A stretch of 64,000 bases of DNA from Pseudomonadales bacterium (GCA_963682115.1 OY821639.1:877846-941845); one strand, 5' to 3'; shown: positions 27,362 through 41,438, counted from the first letter of the stretch. Notes: generated from the sequence alone by a model not told the origin. Translations and numbers: made by a program.

Positions 27362-28903
27362 ATGAAATCGCGCCCTGTACCAACTGCTCTGATCATTCTC
27401 GATGGCTGGGGCTTCCGTGAGGAAACTGCCAATAACGCCATTGCCAACGCCAGCACCCCGACCTGGGATCGTCTGCTGCGTGAATACCCCAACACCCTGA
27501 TCCAGACTTCCGGCGAAGCCGTCGGCCTGCCCGATGGCCAGATGGGTAATTCAGAAGTTGGTCATATGAATCTCGGTGCAGGCCGCATCGTTTACCAGAA
27601 CTTCACCCGCATCAATAAAGCCATTAAAGACGGCGAACTGGCTACCAATGCCGCGCTTACCGGTGCGATCGACAAAGCCGTGGCCAATGGCAAAGCGGTA
27701 CATTTCACCGGTCTGCTGTCCCCCGGCGGTGTCCACAGCCATGAAGAGCACCTGGTTGCCCTGCTGGAACTGGCCAAAGCCCGTGGTGCAGAAAAAGTCT
27801 ATGTGCACGCCATCCTTGATGGTCGCGACATGCCGCCCCGCTCTGCCGCCCCGTCCATCAAACTGATTGAAGATACCTTCGCCGAGCTGGGGAATGGCCA
27901 GATCGCCACGGTCGTCGGGCGTTTCTTTGCCATGGACCGCGACAACCGCTGGGACCGTGTACAGCAGGCCTACGACGCCATGACACTGGGAGAAGCAGAA
28001 TTCAGTGCCGCCTCCGCCAGCGATGCCCTGGCCGCCGCCTATGAACGGGGCGAAAACGACGAATTCGTTAAAGCCACGATCATTGCCGGCGCTGACGGCC
28101 GTATTCAGGATGGCGACAGTGTCATCTGCTTTAACTTCCGCCCGGACCGTGCCCGTGAAATCACCCGCGCCCTGGTGGAAGGGGAAGAATTCCAGGGCTT
28201 TGAGCGCAAGGCCCGCCCGGCACTGGCCGACTATGTGATGATGACCGAATACGCCGCCGACATTAACGCCGGCTGCGCCTTCCCGCCGGAAACCCTGCAC
28301 AATGGCATGGGTGAATACGTATCATCACTGGGTATGAAACAGCTGCGCATTGCCGAAACGGAAAAATACGCCCATGTCACCTTCTTCTTCTCCGGTGGTC
28401 AGGAAGCGGAATACGAAGGCGAGACCCGCATTCTGGTGAAATCCCCGGATGTCACCACCTACGATATGCAGCCGGAAATGAGCGCGCCGGAAGTCACCGA
28501 CAAACTGGTCGCCGCCATTAAAAACCGCGAATACGACCTGATCGTGTGTAACTACGCCAATGGCGATATGGTTGGCCACACCGGCGTGTACGATGCCGCG
28601 GTTAAAGCGGCTGAGTGCATTGACGAATGCCTGCGGCGCGTTACCGATGCCCTGCTGGAAGTGGGTGGCGAATGCCTGATCACTGCCGACCACGGCAATG
28701 CTGAACAGATGCTGGATGACAACGGCCAGGCCATGACTCAGCACACCACCGGCCCGGTAAATCTGATTTACGTGAACCAGCGTGAACAGACAGCGCAGCT
28801 GCAGCCCGGCCGCCTGTGCGATATTTCACCGACCCTGCTGAATATCATGGGGGTTGAACAGCCACAGGAAATGACAGGGGTCAGCCTGGTCCGCTATTCA
28901 TGA
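27362..28903 (+). CDS. gpmI: 2,3-bisphosphoglycerate-independent phosphoglycerate mutase
   Basis: 513 aa. LIILDGWG...[13 protein letters not shown]...ADHGNAE motifs. Confidence 0.95.
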   Translation: MKSRPVPTALIILDGWGFREETANNAIANASTPTWDRLLREYPNTLIQTSGEAVGLPDGQMGNSEVGHMNLGAGRIVYQNFTRINKAIKDGELATNAALTGAIDKAVANGKAVHFTGLLSPGGVHSHEEHLVALLELAKARGAEKVYVHAILDGRDMPPRSAAPSIKLIEDTFAELGNGQIATVVGRFFAMDRDNRWDRVQQAYDAMTLGEAEFSAASASDALAAAYERGENDEFVKATIIAGADGRIQDGDSVICFNFRPDRAREITRALVEGEEFQGFERKARPALADYVMMTEYAADINAGCAFPPETLHNGMGEYVSSLGMKQLRIAETEKYAHVTFFFSGGQEAEYEGETRILVKSPDVTTYDMQPEMSAPEVTDKLVAAIKNREYDLIVCNYANGDMVGHTGVYDAAVKAAECIDECLRRVTDALLEVGGECLITADHGNAEQMLDDNGQAMTQHTTGPVNLIYVNQREQTAQLQPGRLCDISPTLLNIMGVEQPQEMTGVSLVRYS

Positions 28904-30036
28904 TGAAATCCCTGTTGCTGGGCGGATTTGTCCTGCTTCTGCTGTGCGCTCCGGCGCGGGCCGACGATGAAGCCAAACTGGAAGCACTGAAAGCGGAGAT
29001 CGCCAGACTTGAACAATGGCTGAACTCCGCCAAAGACGAGTATTCCGACCTCAATGAAAAGCTGCGTCAGTCGGACCAGGAAATTGCCGACCTGACCCGG
29101 CAGATTACTGACACCCGCAGCCAGCTGGCGGAGGAAAAAGCCCGCCTAAAAAAGCTCAGACAGGAGCAGGGACAGCTCCGTCAGTTACAGGACCAGCACC
29201 GCCAGCGACTCGCTGAGCAGCTGCGCGCTGCCCAGCGGCTGGGTGACCAGGGGCCGGTTAAACTGCTGCTCAATCAGGACGACCCGCAACAGGCGCAGCG
29301 TATGCTGCGCTACTTCTCCTATTTCAACAGCGCCCGCGTTCAGCACATCCGGGAGATTCTCGCCGAACTGACCCGCCTGGATCAGATTGCCGAACTGATC
29401 GTGACGCAGGAAAAGCAACTGCAGCAGACCGAACAGACCCTGATCCGCGAAAACAAACGCCTGCAGGATGGCAAAGCGCAACAGCGCCGGCTGCTGGCAC
29501 AGCTGCAACAGAAAATGAACAGCGAAGGTAAGCGGCTGGCGCAGAAGCAGGCTGACCGCAAACGCCTGGAAGCCCTGCTGAATGAAGTGCAGACTCTGCT
29601 GATCAACAGCCCGCGGCGCGATGATGCACGGCCGTTTACGGCACTCAAAGGCAAACTGCCGCGGCCGGTTAACGGCCGTATTGTCAGTGCCTTCGGCAAC
29701 CACAATAACGACGCCAAATCACGCTGGGAAGGCTGGCTGATTGCGGCTCAGGAAGGTGAGCCGGTACATGCCATTCACCACGGCCGCATCGTTTATTCCG
29801 ACTGGCTGCGCGGCTTTGGCCTGCTGACCATTATCGACCACGGCCAGGGCTACCTCAGCCTCTATGCCCATAATCAGACCCTGCAGCGCGCCGTCGGCTC
29901 ATGGGTCAATCAGGGCGACGTGATTGCCACCGCCGGCCACAGTGGTGGACTGGAGCACCCCTATCTGTATTTTGAAATCCGCTACCAGGGCAGACCGCTG
30001 GACCCGGCCGCCTGGCTGGCCAAAGCCCGGCGCTGA
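28900..30036 (+). CDS. envC: Murein hydrolase activator EnvC (coiled coil + LytM/M23 domain)
   Basis: 378 aa with a signal peptide, a long Gln/Leu-rich coiled coil and a C-terminal M23 fold (..LYAHNQ..). It follows gpmI, as in E. coli. Confidence 0.8.
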   Translation: MMKSLLLGGFVLLLLCAPARADDEAKLEALKAEIARLEQWLNSAKDEYSDLNEKLRQSDQEIADLTRQITDTRSQLAEEKARLKKLRQEQGQLRQLQDQHRQRLAEQLRAAQRLGDQGPVKLLLNQDDPQQAQRMLRYFSYFNSARVQHIREILAELTRLDQIAELIVTQEKQLQQTEQTLIRENKRLQDGKAQQRRLLAQLQQKMNSEGKRLAQKQADRKRLEALLNEVQTLLINSPRRDDARPFTALKGKLPRPVNGRIVSAFGNHNNDAKSRWEGWLIAAQEGEPVHAIHHGRIVYSDWLRGFGLLTIIDHGQGYLSLYAHNQTLQRAVGSWVNQGDVIATAGHSGGLEHPYLYFEIRYQGRPLDPAAWLAKARR

Positions 30037-30092
30037 GCAGCCACGCAGTGAGTTATTCTGACTTTTGTGCCATCCTTACGGAGTTTTAAGGC

Positions 30093-31448
30093 ATGTACCC
30101 GGACCTTCACATGACAACAGACCTGATCAGGAAACCCCGCCTGCTGCTGAGCCTGGCTCTGACAGCCCTGCTGACCCTGCCACTGAGCCTGCACGCCGAC
30201 AGCGCTGCTGATCAGCCAGCGCAGAGTCCGCATCTGCAGGGCGAACTGCCACTGCAGGAACTGCGCAATTTCACCGAAATTTTTGAGCGTATCCGCACCT
30301 CCTACGTGGAAGAAGTGGATGACAAAACCCTGCTCGAATACGCCATTAACGGCATGCTGACCTCCCTCGATCCGCACTCCGCCTATCTGCAGGCAGATGC
30401 CTTCAGCGACCTGCAGGAAAACACCTCCGGTAAATTCGGTGGTCTGGGCATTGAAGTCGGTATGGAAGACGGCCTGATTCTGGTAGTCACCCCGATTGAC
30501 GATACCCCGGCCGAGAAAGCCGGCATCCGCGCCGGCGACCTGATTGTTTCCCTCGACGGTGAGGCCGTGATGGGCATGAGTCTGAGCGACGCCGTAGAAA
30601 AAATGCGCGGCGCCCCGGGTACAGACATTGAGCTGGAGATCCGCCGCCGGAACGAAAAAGAACTGCTGACGTTCACCCTCACCCGCGCGGAAATCAAAGT
30701 CGCCAGCGTGCGCACGGAAATGCTTAGTGGTGGCATAGGTTACGTACGCATCACCCAGTTCCAGGAAAATACCGGCACCGAGCTGTCATCGGCAGTAGAA
30801 GACTGGCGTGACAGCGGCAACCTGAACGGCATTATCCTCGACCTGCGCAACAACCCCGGCGGTGTCCTTGATGCAGCTGTGGATGTGGTCGACAGCTTTA
30901 TCAGCCAGGGCCGGATTGTGTACACCAAAGGCCGGGTTCCCAGTGCTGAAATGAGTTACAGCGCCACCAACCATACCGCCGCCGGTAAAACGCCGGTAGT
31001 GGTACTGATCAACGGCGGCTCCGCATCGGCGTCAGAAATTGTCGCCGGTGCCCTGCAGGACCATCAGCGCGCCGTTATTGTCGGCACCCAGTCCTTCGGC
31101 AAGGGTTCCGTACAGAGTGTGCTGCCGATTACCGAAGACAGCGCCATCAAACTGACCACCGCGCGTTACTTCACCCCCAACGGCCGCTCTATTCAGGCAC
31201 AGGGCATCACCCCGGACATCTGGGTGGAACAGAGTGAAGTCACACCATCGGAGCAGCGCTTCTACAAAGAATCTGATCTGCCGGGCCACCTGAGCAACCC
31301 CAATGGCAAAGCCAGAGAACAGCAGGCTGCTACTGAACAGAAAGGTGACAGCAAGGCCGACGCCATACTGAAAAAAGACTTCCAGCTGTACGAAGCGCAC
31401 ACCCTGCTGCGTGGCGTCACCATTCTGAGCCCGCGTCCGGAGTCCTGA
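30093..31448 (+). CDS. ctpA: Carboxy-terminal processing protease (S41, CtpA/Prc-like)
   Basis: 451 aa with a PDZ domain, the S41 core (GIILDLRNNPGG, GSASASEI) and the catalytic Lys region. The alternative start at M7 is not resolved. Confidence 0.85.
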   Translation: MYPDLHMTTDLIRKPRLLLSLALTALLTLPLSLHADSAADQPAQSPHLQGELPLQELRNFTEIFERIRTSYVEEVDDKTLLEYAINGMLTSLDPHSAYLQADAFSDLQENTSGKFGGLGIEVGMEDGLILVVTPIDDTPAEKAGIRAGDLIVSLDGEAVMGMSLSDAVEKMRGAPGTDIELEIRRRNEKELLTFTLTRAEIKVASVRTEMLSGGIGYVRITQFQENTGTELSSAVEDWRDSGNLNGIILDLRNNPGGVLDAAVDVVDSFISQGRIVYTKGRVPSAEMSYSATNHTAAGKTPVVVLINGGSASASEIVAGALQDHQRAVIVGTQSFGKGSVQSVLPITEDSAIKLTTARYFTPNGRSIQAQGITPDIWVEQSEVTPSEQRFYKESDLPGHLSNPNGKAREQQAATEQKGDSKADAILKKDFQLYEAHTLLRGVTILSPRPES

Positions 31449-32258
31449 TTGACACACCCTGCCGTTCTGCTGCGGACCGTGCTGTTGCTGGCAGCACTGA
31501 CCGCCACGCCGGCTGTCAGTGCCGCCCAGCTGCTGCTGATCATTGACGACATCGGCAACAACCGCCTGTCAGGTGAGCGCGCCCTGGCGCTGCCCGCCCC
31601 GGTGAATCTGGCGTTTCTGCCCCATACCCCGTTTGCAGCGCGGCTGGCCGACAGCGCCTGGGCGCAGGGTCACGGCATCATGCTGCACGCACCGATGGCC
31701 AATGAACATCATGCCCCGCTGGGCCCCGGCGGTCTGCAGACCGGCATGGATCAGCAGACCCTGCAGCAGACCCTGATTGACAGCCTCAACGCCGTCCCCC
31801 ATGTCCAGGGCATGAATAATCACATGGGCAGCCTGCTGACGCAGAAAGCAGATGCCATGCAATGGGTGATGGATATCGCCCGCGAACGCGGCCTGTTTTT
31901 TGTCGACAGCCTGACCAGCCCGCGCAGTGTGGCACTGGCCCAGGCCAGGCAGAACGGTATCCCGGCACTGGGGCGGGATGTTTTCCTGGATAACGACAGA
32001 ACTCCCCGGGCACTGCAGCAGCAGTTTGATCAGGCACTGCATCTTGCCCGCCGCCGCGGTTACGCGGTACTGATCGGCCACCCCTACCCGGAAACCCTCG
32101 ACTTCCTGCAGCAGGCACTGCCGGCGCTCAGCGACGACGATGTCAGCCTCACCCGGGTCGATGATTTCCTTCGTCAGCGCCTGTGGGCCCGCATGAGCGC
32201 ACCTGCCAGCCAGCCTTCACGCTATCTGCTGAACAGCAGCCAGACTCTGCAGCCATAA
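31449..32258 (+). CDS. Divergent polysaccharide deacetylase family protein (YibQ-like)
   Basis: 269 aa starting at TTG. It has a signal peptide and the motifs IIDDIGNN...FLPH...HAPM...NHMGS. It completes gpmI-envC-(ctp)-yibQ synteny. Confidence 0.75.
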   Translation: MTHPAVLLRTVLLLAALTATPAVSAAQLLLIIDDIGNNRLSGERALALPAPVNLAFLPHTPFAARLADSAWAQGHGIMLHAPMANEHHAPLGPGGLQTGMDQQTLQQTLIDSLNAVPHVQGMNNHMGSLLTQKADAMQWVMDIARERGLFFVDSLTSPRSVALAQARQNGIPALGRDVFLDNDRTPRALQQQFDQALHLARRRGYAVLIGHPYPETLDFLQQALPALSDDDVSLTRVDDFLRQRLWARMSAPASQPSRYLLNSSQTLQP

Positions 32259-32358
32259 GACCTGCCCGTCAGGCTGGCGCCTGATGATTCCGTCCGCCCC
32301 AATACTTGTACCATGGTTCAGGATTGAGTAATCTCTGGCCATTGACGGGGGAAGCAGA

Positions 32359-32667
32359 ATGATAAAAACACTCACCACCATGGCCTGCAGCGCTCTGCTG
32401 TTATGCAGCGCGGCGTCCGTCCGGGCCGCCGATGACTACACCACCGAGCTGTACGACCTGTACTGCACCGCCTGCCATGCCGTAAAGGCTTCCGGCGCAC
32501 CTCAGGCTTTTACGGATGAATGGCGCGACCGCCTTGATCAGGGCATCGAAACCCTGGTCAGCCATGCCATTAATGGCATCGGCAATATGCCGCCTATGGG
32601 TACCTGTGTTGAATGCAGCGCCGAGGATCTGGCCAACATCATTCACTACATGGCACAGGAGCAGTAA
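32359..32667 (+). CDS. Periplasmic mono-haem c-type cytochrome (cytochrome c5-like)
   Basis: 102 aa with a signal peptide, one CxxCH site (CTACH), a distal MPPMG Met ligand region and a Cys pair (CVEC). Confidence 0.75.
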   Translation: MIKTLTTMACSALLLCSAASVRAADDYTTELYDLYCTACHAVKASGAPQAFTDEWRDRLDQGIETLVSHAINGIGNMPPMGTCVECSAEDLANIIHYMAQEQ

Positions 32668-32669
32668 GC

Positions 32670-34100
32670 ATGAATTTCGACCGGATCAGACTTAACCGCC
32701 GTGACCTGCTAAAAGCCTCCGCGACGGCGCTGGTTGCCACCGGCACGGCAGGCGTCAGTGGCTGCAGCAGCAATGCCACAACGAAAGAAACACCGGGTAT
32801 TACCGGCCCCGATGGCAAGCGCGTACTGCCGTGGAGCAACTGGTCAGGCAATCAGCACTGCCAGCCTAACCAGCGTCTGCTGCCGAAAAACGAAGAGGAA
32901 TTGCTTTCTGCCATTAAAAACGCCACGCAGCCCATCCGCTGTGTGGGCTCCGGCCACAGCTTCAGCCCGCTGGTTCCCACAGACCATACCCTGCTGTCGC
33001 TGGCGCGCCTGCGCGGCGTGGAAAATGCCGATCCGCAGGCACTGGAAGCCGATGTCTGGGCCGGAACCCGCCTGTCGCAGCTGGGCAGACAACTGTGGCA
33101 GCAGGGCATGTCGACCATCAATCTGTCAGACATTGACAGCCAGACCCTCGCCGGCGCGCTGGCCACCTCCACACACGGTACCGGTAAACAGCTGGGCAGT
33201 CTGTCCACCCAGGTAAAGAGTCTGCGTATCGCCAGTGCCGCCGGTGACATCATCGAATGCAGTGCCGGCAGCAACAGCGATCTGTTCCATGCCGCCGGTA
33301 ACCACCTCGGCGCCCTGGGCGTTATCAGCAAAGCCCGGCTGCGGACGGACAAAGCCTACTACCTGAAAGAATACAGCTGGATGATGACGGAAGATGAAGG
33401 GCTTGAACGGGCGCAGGAACTGCGTGACGCCCACCGTCATTATGAAATGTATGCCCTACCCCACGGCGATTACATGCTCGGCATTGCCATCGATAAAATT
33501 GATCCCGCCGCGATTCCGGACGTGCCGGCGGTGCAGAGCGGCGATGCCTATGAGGCCTTCCGTACCCTCGCCAACCTGATCGATTACCTGCCCTTTCTGC
33601 GCAGCTGGCTGGTGAACTTCGGCGCTGGCGGCGTGCAACCGGAAACCCGTTATGGCGCTTCGCACGAGATTTTCGGCAACCTGCGTGATATCCGCTTCAA
33701 CGAAATGGAATACACAGTACCGGCCGAGGTTGGCCCGCAATGCCTGCGGGAAATTCTGCAGACCATCAAAAAGCAGAACATTCCGGTGGTATTTCCGATT
33801 GAGGCACGCTATATCAAAGGCGATGACATCTGGTTAAGCCCATTTTACCAGCGGGATGGCTTTTCCATCAGTTGCCATAACTTCCACGATAAAGACTATA
33901 AAAAATATTTTGCTGCCATTGAGCCGATTTTCTGGAAGTACGATGGCCGTCCGCACTGGGGCAAAATACACACCCTGTCAGCACCTGAGTTCCGCGCCCG
34001 CTATGAACGCTTTGATGATTTCCGCCGCCTGCGTGCTGAGCTGGACCCGCAGGGGCGGTTCCTCAATGACCATCTGCGCCATGTGCTGGGCGTCAGCTGA
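32670..34100 (+). CDS. Tat-exported FAD-linked oxidoreductase, GULO/ALO (D-arabinono-1,4-lactone oxidase) type, VAO/PCMH superfamily
   Basis: Start trimmed to MNFDRIRLNRRDLLKA (twin-arginine motif), followed by a lipobox-like VSGC. It has the VGSGHSFS flavinylation motif and the C-terminal GRPHWGK ALO-domain motif. It begins 3 nt after the cytochrome c stop. Confidence 0.75.
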   Translation: MNFDRIRLNRRDLLKASATALVATGTAGVSGCSSNATTKETPGITGPDGKRVLPWSNWSGNQHCQPNQRLLPKNEEELLSAIKNATQPIRCVGSGHSFSPLVPTDHTLLSLARLRGVENADPQALEADVWAGTRLSQLGRQLWQQGMSTINLSDIDSQTLAGALATSTHGTGKQLGSLSTQVKSLRIASAAGDIIECSAGSNSDLFHAAGNHLGALGVISKARLRTDKAYYLKEYSWMMTEDEGLERAQELRDAHRHYEMYALPHGDYMLGIAIDKIDPAAIPDVPAVQSGDAYEAFRTLANLIDYLPFLRSWLVNFGAGGVQPETRYGASHEIFGNLRDIRFNEMEYTVPAEVGPQCLREILQTIKKQNIPVVFPIEARYIKGDDIWLSPFYQRDGFSISCHNFHDKDYKKYFAAIEPIFWKYDGRPHWGKIHTLSAPEFRARYERFDDFRRLRAELDPQGRFLNDHLRHVLGVS

Positions 34101-34172
34101 GGAAGCCCTGAGTGCAGAGCAGCAATAACTGATATACTGCCTGTCAGACAATCTGCAACCAGAAGTATCGCC

Positions 34173-34976
34173 ATGAAACTGCTCCAGAAACTGACTCTGC
34201 TGATGCTGCTGGCAGGTCAGCCGTTTTTTCCGGCAGCGGCCACCGCGGAAACAGCGGCGATTTCTTCTCCGGTGGTGGTGACCTCCACGGTAAAACCCTG
34301 GGGACTGGTTGCCGCCGACGGCAGCAACTCCGGCATTCTGGTCGACTTCCAGCAAGTGCTGTTCAGCCGTGCCGGCATTCCTCTGCATAACAGCATGATT
34401 CCCTACCCACGGGTCATTCAGGAAATGTCCTCCGGCCGCGCCGATATGGCAGTGATGTTTGTCAGCCCGCTGTCCGAGCAGATTGCCGTATCACTGGGCA
34501 AGGTAGTCGAAGAACACATCATTATCGTCACCCGGGCCGATGCTCCGGATTATAAGACACTGGATGATTTCAGCGGCAAGGATGTCGGCCAGGTGCGGGG
34601 GTCGCGTTACGGCAACGACTTTGACAGTCAGCCCGAAATTCACCACATTCCGGTTACCGATGTCGATCAGGGGCTGAAAATGCTGCTCAGCGGACGCCTG
34701 GATGCCATGGCCAGCACCGAACATTCACTGCTGTATGCCATGTACACCACCGGCATCAGCAGTGACCGCGTGCGCATCGCCCTGCCGTTGTTTACCGCCC
34801 GCGCTGATCTCTATGTCATCCGCCCACAGCAGCATGCGCTGTGGGTACAACCCCTGCGCCACGCACTGCAGTCCATGCGCGAAGACGGCAGTCTGCAGCC
34901 ATCCCTGTACCAGCGTGATTACTGGCCCTACGACACCTTCTGCTTTGCCGGCGGGCAGTGCCTGAACACTCACTGA
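34173..34976 (+). CDS. Periplasmic solute-binding protein (family 3 SBP-like, orphan)
   Basis: 267 aa with a signal peptide and SBP_bac_3-like organisation. No permease or ATPase gene is adjacent. Confidence 0.55.
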   Translation: MKLLQKLTLLMLLAGQPFFPAAATAETAAISSPVVVTSTVKPWGLVAADGSNSGILVDFQQVLFSRAGIPLHNSMIPYPRVIQEMSSGRADMAVMFVSPLSEQIAVSLGKVVEEHIIIVTRADAPDYKTLDDFSGKDVGQVRGSRYGNDFDSQPEIHHIPVTDVDQGLKMLLSGRLDAMASTEHSLLYAMYTTGISSDRVRIALPLFTARADLYVIRPQQHALWVQPLRHALQSMREDGSLQPSLYQRDYWPYDTFCFAGGQCLNTH

Positions 34977-34985
34977 TTCAGAGGC

Positions 34986-37551
<2,566 letters not shown>

Positions 37552-37726
37552 GCTGGCCTCTCAGAGTCAGTCGTTCTAGAATTGGGCGCCTCACGGCACC
37601 CGTTGTTCCGGGAACCCGAAACCATGTAAAGGTTCCTTAGTGCGGATAAACAGCCACAGACCGTTTAACCTTTTATTAACCGGCCTAAGATAACACACTC
37701 AATATGAACAGGCGCTACACCCGCAC

Positions 37727-40168
37727 ATGACAGAAATCCGCTCCTACAAACGCCGTCCGGCACCCGGCCGTCGTCTGCTGCTGCACACCGCTCTGCTCTC
37801 TGCCGGTGGCCTGTCTGCCGTATCGCTACAGGCGCAGGACTATGCCCCGCTGAGCTGGTATCCAAGAGCTGAACTGAGCACAGATGAACAACAGGCACTG
37901 CCGGATTTCTGTTCCGGGAATTACCGTATCCCGGCGGTTCCCCCACTGACCGGTGGCGTCATAGAAGCAGAAGCCGATGAATCTGTTGTGAACAAACAGG
38001 GCGACAGCACCCTGACCGGCGATGTGGTGCTGAAACAGGAAGACCGCGTTCTGCGTTCCGATCAGACCCGCTGGTACCGCAGCAGCGGCCGTGGCGAATT
38101 TGAAGGCAATGTCTCGCTGACCTCCCCCGACATCGTACTGGAAGGTGACTCCGGTAATCTGGATCAGACCAGCGGCGAGGTGAATTTTTATGGCGCGGAA
38201 TACTCTGTTCCGCAGCGTCATTTCCGCGGTACCGCCGACAGCATTGAAATGCACGACAGCGGACAGATGAAACTGACCCGTGCCACCTTCACCTTCTGTG
38301 AACCGGGTGATAACCAGTGGGATCTGGCCGCTAGCGAACTGAACCTGGATCAGGAAAGCGGTACCGGCAGCGCCTGGAATACCCGCCTGCGGGTGGAAGA
38401 GGTTCCGGTGCTCTACATTCCTTATTACCGCTTTCCCATCGACGACCGGCGCATGACCGGCTTCCTTGACCCCACCTTCACTGTTAATGAGCAGGGGCAG
38501 GCCGAAGATATCCGCATCCCCTTTTACTGGAATATTGCCCCCAACGCCGATGCCACCATCGCCCCACACCACATTCTCGACCGGGGTGTGGTCTGGGAAT
38601 CCCAGCTGCGGCACAAAACCCGCTGGTTCGGTGATGGTGAGCTGAACTACGGCTACCTCAACAAAGATGCCACCGCAGACGAAGAACGCTGGATGATCAA
38701 CTACACCCAGTCCGGTAATCTCGGCAGTGGCTGGCAGCACCGCTGGGTCTACAACCACCTCAGCGACAAAGACTATCTGAAAGATATGAACCCGATGGCG
38801 CCGGTAAACCGCACCACCCATATGCCACGCCGCGGGGAAATCCTGTGGAATCAGTCGGCCTGGCATTTTGATATCACCGCCGAAAGTTTCCAGACCGTCG
38901 ACGATACTATCCTGTTGCAGAACCGCCCTTACCGCCGGCTGCCGCAGCTGAACCTGAGTTATGAACCGACAGTGATCAACCGCTGGCAGCTGAACCAGAC
39001 CCTGCAGGCCACCCGCTTTACCCGCGAAGATGAAGCCGATATCGGCGGCACCACCCAGACCCTGAGCGGCTTCGATGCCCTGAACGGCGACCGCCTGCTG
39101 TCGGATACCGCCCTTGCTTACCCGCTGGAATGGCCATTCGGTTTTCTCACCCCCCAGGCTGAGTACCGTTACCGCAGCTACAGCCTGAGCAACGATGACG
39201 GGACCCTGACCGGGCTGAAAACAGACGTCAGTCACGGCGTTGCCCGTTACAGCGTCGATGGCGGCCTCTACTTCGACCGCGAATTCAACTGGTTCGGACA
39301 GGACTACCAGCAGACCCTGGAACCCAGAGTGTTCTGGGTAAAAAGTCCTTACCTGCAGGGCCAGGACAGTATTCCTAACTTTGACAGTGCGGCAACCACC
39401 GTGACCTATGCCAGCCTGTTTACCGGCGACCGCTTCAGCGGTGGCGACCGTCTTGCCGATCTCGATCAGGTCAGTACCGGTCTCACCACCCGCTTTATTA
39501 ATGGCCGCGGGCTGGAACAATTCCGTGCCAGCGTGGGTCGCATCTGGTACAACGAAGACCGCCGCGTACAGCTGGATGGCAGTGACATTGCGGATGAAGA
39601 CACCCGCGCCACCTCCAGTACACTGGCCGAAGTGGAGTGGAATCCGGACGAACGCTGGTCGCTTTACCACACGCTGGAATGGGACAATTACGAAGATTTC
39701 GCTGCCCAGCGGCGTTATGGCGTACGTTTTGCCGGTGCCAGCAACCGCTTCCTGAATGTCGCCACCAACACGGTGCAGACATGGAACTCGACGGATGAAC
39801 AGGTCGATACCACCACCCGTCAACTGGACGCCGGGTTCTTCTGGGCCCTGAATGACCGCTGGGCCATTGTCGGCCGCCAGCTGCGCGATCTGCGCTCTTA
39901 TGACGACGACGAACTGCAGCCGGTCAGCCCCGTACTGGAAGCACTGGCCGGCTTTGAATATCAGAACTGCTGTGTACGCACACAGTTTCTGTACCGGGAA
40001 ACATCCCCGAAAGACACAGACGCCGATGCTGAATACAGCACCGATAAACGCTATGGCTTTATGATCAGCATTCAGCTGAAAGGACTTGGCATCTTCGGCG
40101 GCGGCACCGATGACATCATCAGCGAAGGCATAACCGGATACTCACAACGGCAATATCATGACTATTAA
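37727..40168 (+). CDS. lptD: LPS-assembly outer-membrane protein LptD
   Basis: 813 aa with a signal peptide and an N-terminal OstA jellyroll followed by a large beta-barrel. It is followed by surA-pdxA-rsmA-apaG-apaH. Confidence 0.9.
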   Translation: MTEIRSYKRRPAPGRRLLLHTALLSAGGLSAVSLQAQDYAPLSWYPRAELSTDEQQALPDFCSGNYRIPAVPPLTGGVIEAEADESVVNKQGDSTLTGDVVLKQEDRVLRSDQTRWYRSSGRGEFEGNVSLTSPDIVLEGDSGNLDQTSGEVNFYGAEYSVPQRHFRGTADSIEMHDSGQMKLTRATFTFCEPGDNQWDLAASELNLDQESGTGSAWNTRLRVEEVPVLYIPYYRFPIDDRRMTGFLDPTFTVNEQGQAEDIRIPFYWNIAPNADATIAPHHILDRGVVWESQLRHKTRWFGDGELNYGYLNKDATADEERWMINYTQSGNLGSGWQHRWVYNHLSDKDYLKDMNPMAPVNRTTHMPRRGEILWNQSAWHFDITAESFQTVDDTILLQNRPYRRLPQLNLSYEPTVINRWQLNQTLQATRFTREDEADIGGTTQTLSGFDALNGDRLLSDTALAYPLEWPFGFLTPQAEYRYRSYSLSNDDGTLTGLKTDVSHGVARYSVDGGLYFDREFNWFGQDYQQTLEPRVFWVKSPYLQGQDSIPNFDSAATTVTYASLFTGDRFSGGDRLADLDQVSTGLTTRFINGRGLEQFRASVGRIWYNEDRRVQLDGSDIADEDTRATSSTLAEVEWNPDERWSLYHTLEWDNYEDFAAQRRYGVRFAGASNRFLNVATNTVQTWNSTDEQVDTTTRQLDAGFFWALNDRWAIVGRQLRDLRSYDDDELQPVSPVLEALAGFEYQNCCVRTQFLYRETSPKDTDADAEYSTDKRYGFMISIQLKGLGIFGGGTDDIISEGITGYSQRQYHDY

Positions 40169-41438
40169 AAACCTGATTTTCAGCGCTCTGTTCACCCTCG
40201 CCAGTATCACCGTCCAGGCGGCCCCACAGCTGCTCGACGAAGTGGTGGCGGTGGTGGATGACGACGTCATTATGGCCAGCGAACTGAAACAACGCATGAA
40301 CACCATCCGCCAGCAAAATCAGAATGACGCCATGCCAGCCGACGATATCCTGCGCGATCAGGTACTGGAGCGCATGATTCTGGAAAGCATTCAGCTGCAG
40401 ATGGCTGACCGTGCCGGTATCCGCATCGGCGATGCCCAGCTTAACGAAGCACTGGGCCGTATTGCCGCGCAGAATAATATGACGCTGCCACAGTTCCGCA
40501 GCGCCATGGAAGCCGAAGGCGTGTCCTTTGCCCAGGCGCGGGAACAGATTGCCAATGAAATGCGCATCAGCCGTGTACAGCGCTATCAGGTCGGTGAACG
40601 CATCCAGATCACCGACCAGGACGTGGATTACTTCCTCGCCTCCGAGCTTGGCAAAATGGCCTCAGCAGCCGAATATCATCTGGCCCATATCCTGATTGCC
40701 GTGCCATCCGGCTCCGGTCCGTCAGACCTGCAGGCCGCCGAAAAGAAAGCGCAGGATATCGTGCGTCAGCTGCGTGACGGTGCCGACTTCCGCAAAATGG
40801 CCATTGCCCAATCCAGCGGCCGTACTGCACTCGACGGTGGTGATCTCGGCTGGCGTAAGGAAGCCCAGCTGCCGGGTATCTTTGCCCCGGTGGTACCGGG
40901 CCTGAAAGTCGGCCAGATATCTGAGCCGATCAAGAGCGCCAGCGGTTATCACATCGTCAAACTGATCGACAAACGCGGCGGCAATACCAAACTCATTACC
41001 CAGACCAAAACCCGGCATATCCTCATCCAGACCAACGAGCTGCGCGATGAACAACAGGCCGAAGCGCTGATCAACCAGCTCTATGAACGTCTGCAGGCCG
41101 GTGAAGATTTCGCCAAACTGGCCCGTGAATTCAGCGATGACCCGGGCAGCGGTTCGGCCGGCGGCGACCTCGGCTGGGTCAGCCCGGGCGACATGGTGCC
41201 GGAATTTGATGCCACCATGCAGGCCACTCAACCGGGCCATATCAGCGCACCGTTTGAAACCCAGTTCGGCTGGCACATCCTTGAAGTGGAAGACCGCCGT
41301 CAGACCGATGTCGGTGAAGAAACCCAGCGCAATCAGGTGCGCAACATGCTCTACAACCGCCGTTTCGAAGAAGAGCTGCCGATCTGGCTGCGCAAAATCC
41401 GCTCCGAAGCTTATGTCGATATCAAGGAAGGCGTATGA
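40158..41438 (+). CDS. surA: Periplasmic chaperone/PPIase SurA
   Basis: 426 aa with a signal peptide and two parvulin domains (..SGYHIVKL.., ..FGWHILEV..). Confidence 0.9.
   Translation: MTIKNLIFSALFTLASITVQAAPQLLDEVVAVVDDDVIMASELKQRMNTIRQQNQNDAMPADDILRDQVLERMILESIQLQMADRAGIRIGDAQLNEALGRIAAQNNMTLPQFRSAMEAEGVSFAQAREQIANEMRISRVQRYQVGERIQITDQDVDYFLASELGKMASAAEYHLAHILIAVPSGSGPSDLQAAEKKAQDIVRQLRDGADFRKMAIAQSSGRTALDGGDLGWRKEAQLPGIFAPVVPGLKVGQISEPIKSASGYHIVKLIDKRGGNTKLITQTKTRHILIQTNELRDEQQAEALINQLYERLQAGEDFAKLAREFSDDPGSGSAGGDLGWVSPGDMVPEFDATMQATQPGHISAPFETQFGWHILEVEDRRQTDVGEETQRNQVRNMLYNRRFEEELPIWLRKIRSEAYVDIKEGV

Noticed and set aside
27551-28300. 249-aa minus-strand ORF
   Set aside because: It is antisense to gpmI.
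37826-39823. 665-aa ORF on the minus strand
   Set aside because: It is entirely antisense to lptD, whose product has clear LptD features. The composition (Gly/Ala/Val/Arg-rich, no motifs) is typical of shadow ORFs in GC-rich coding DNA.
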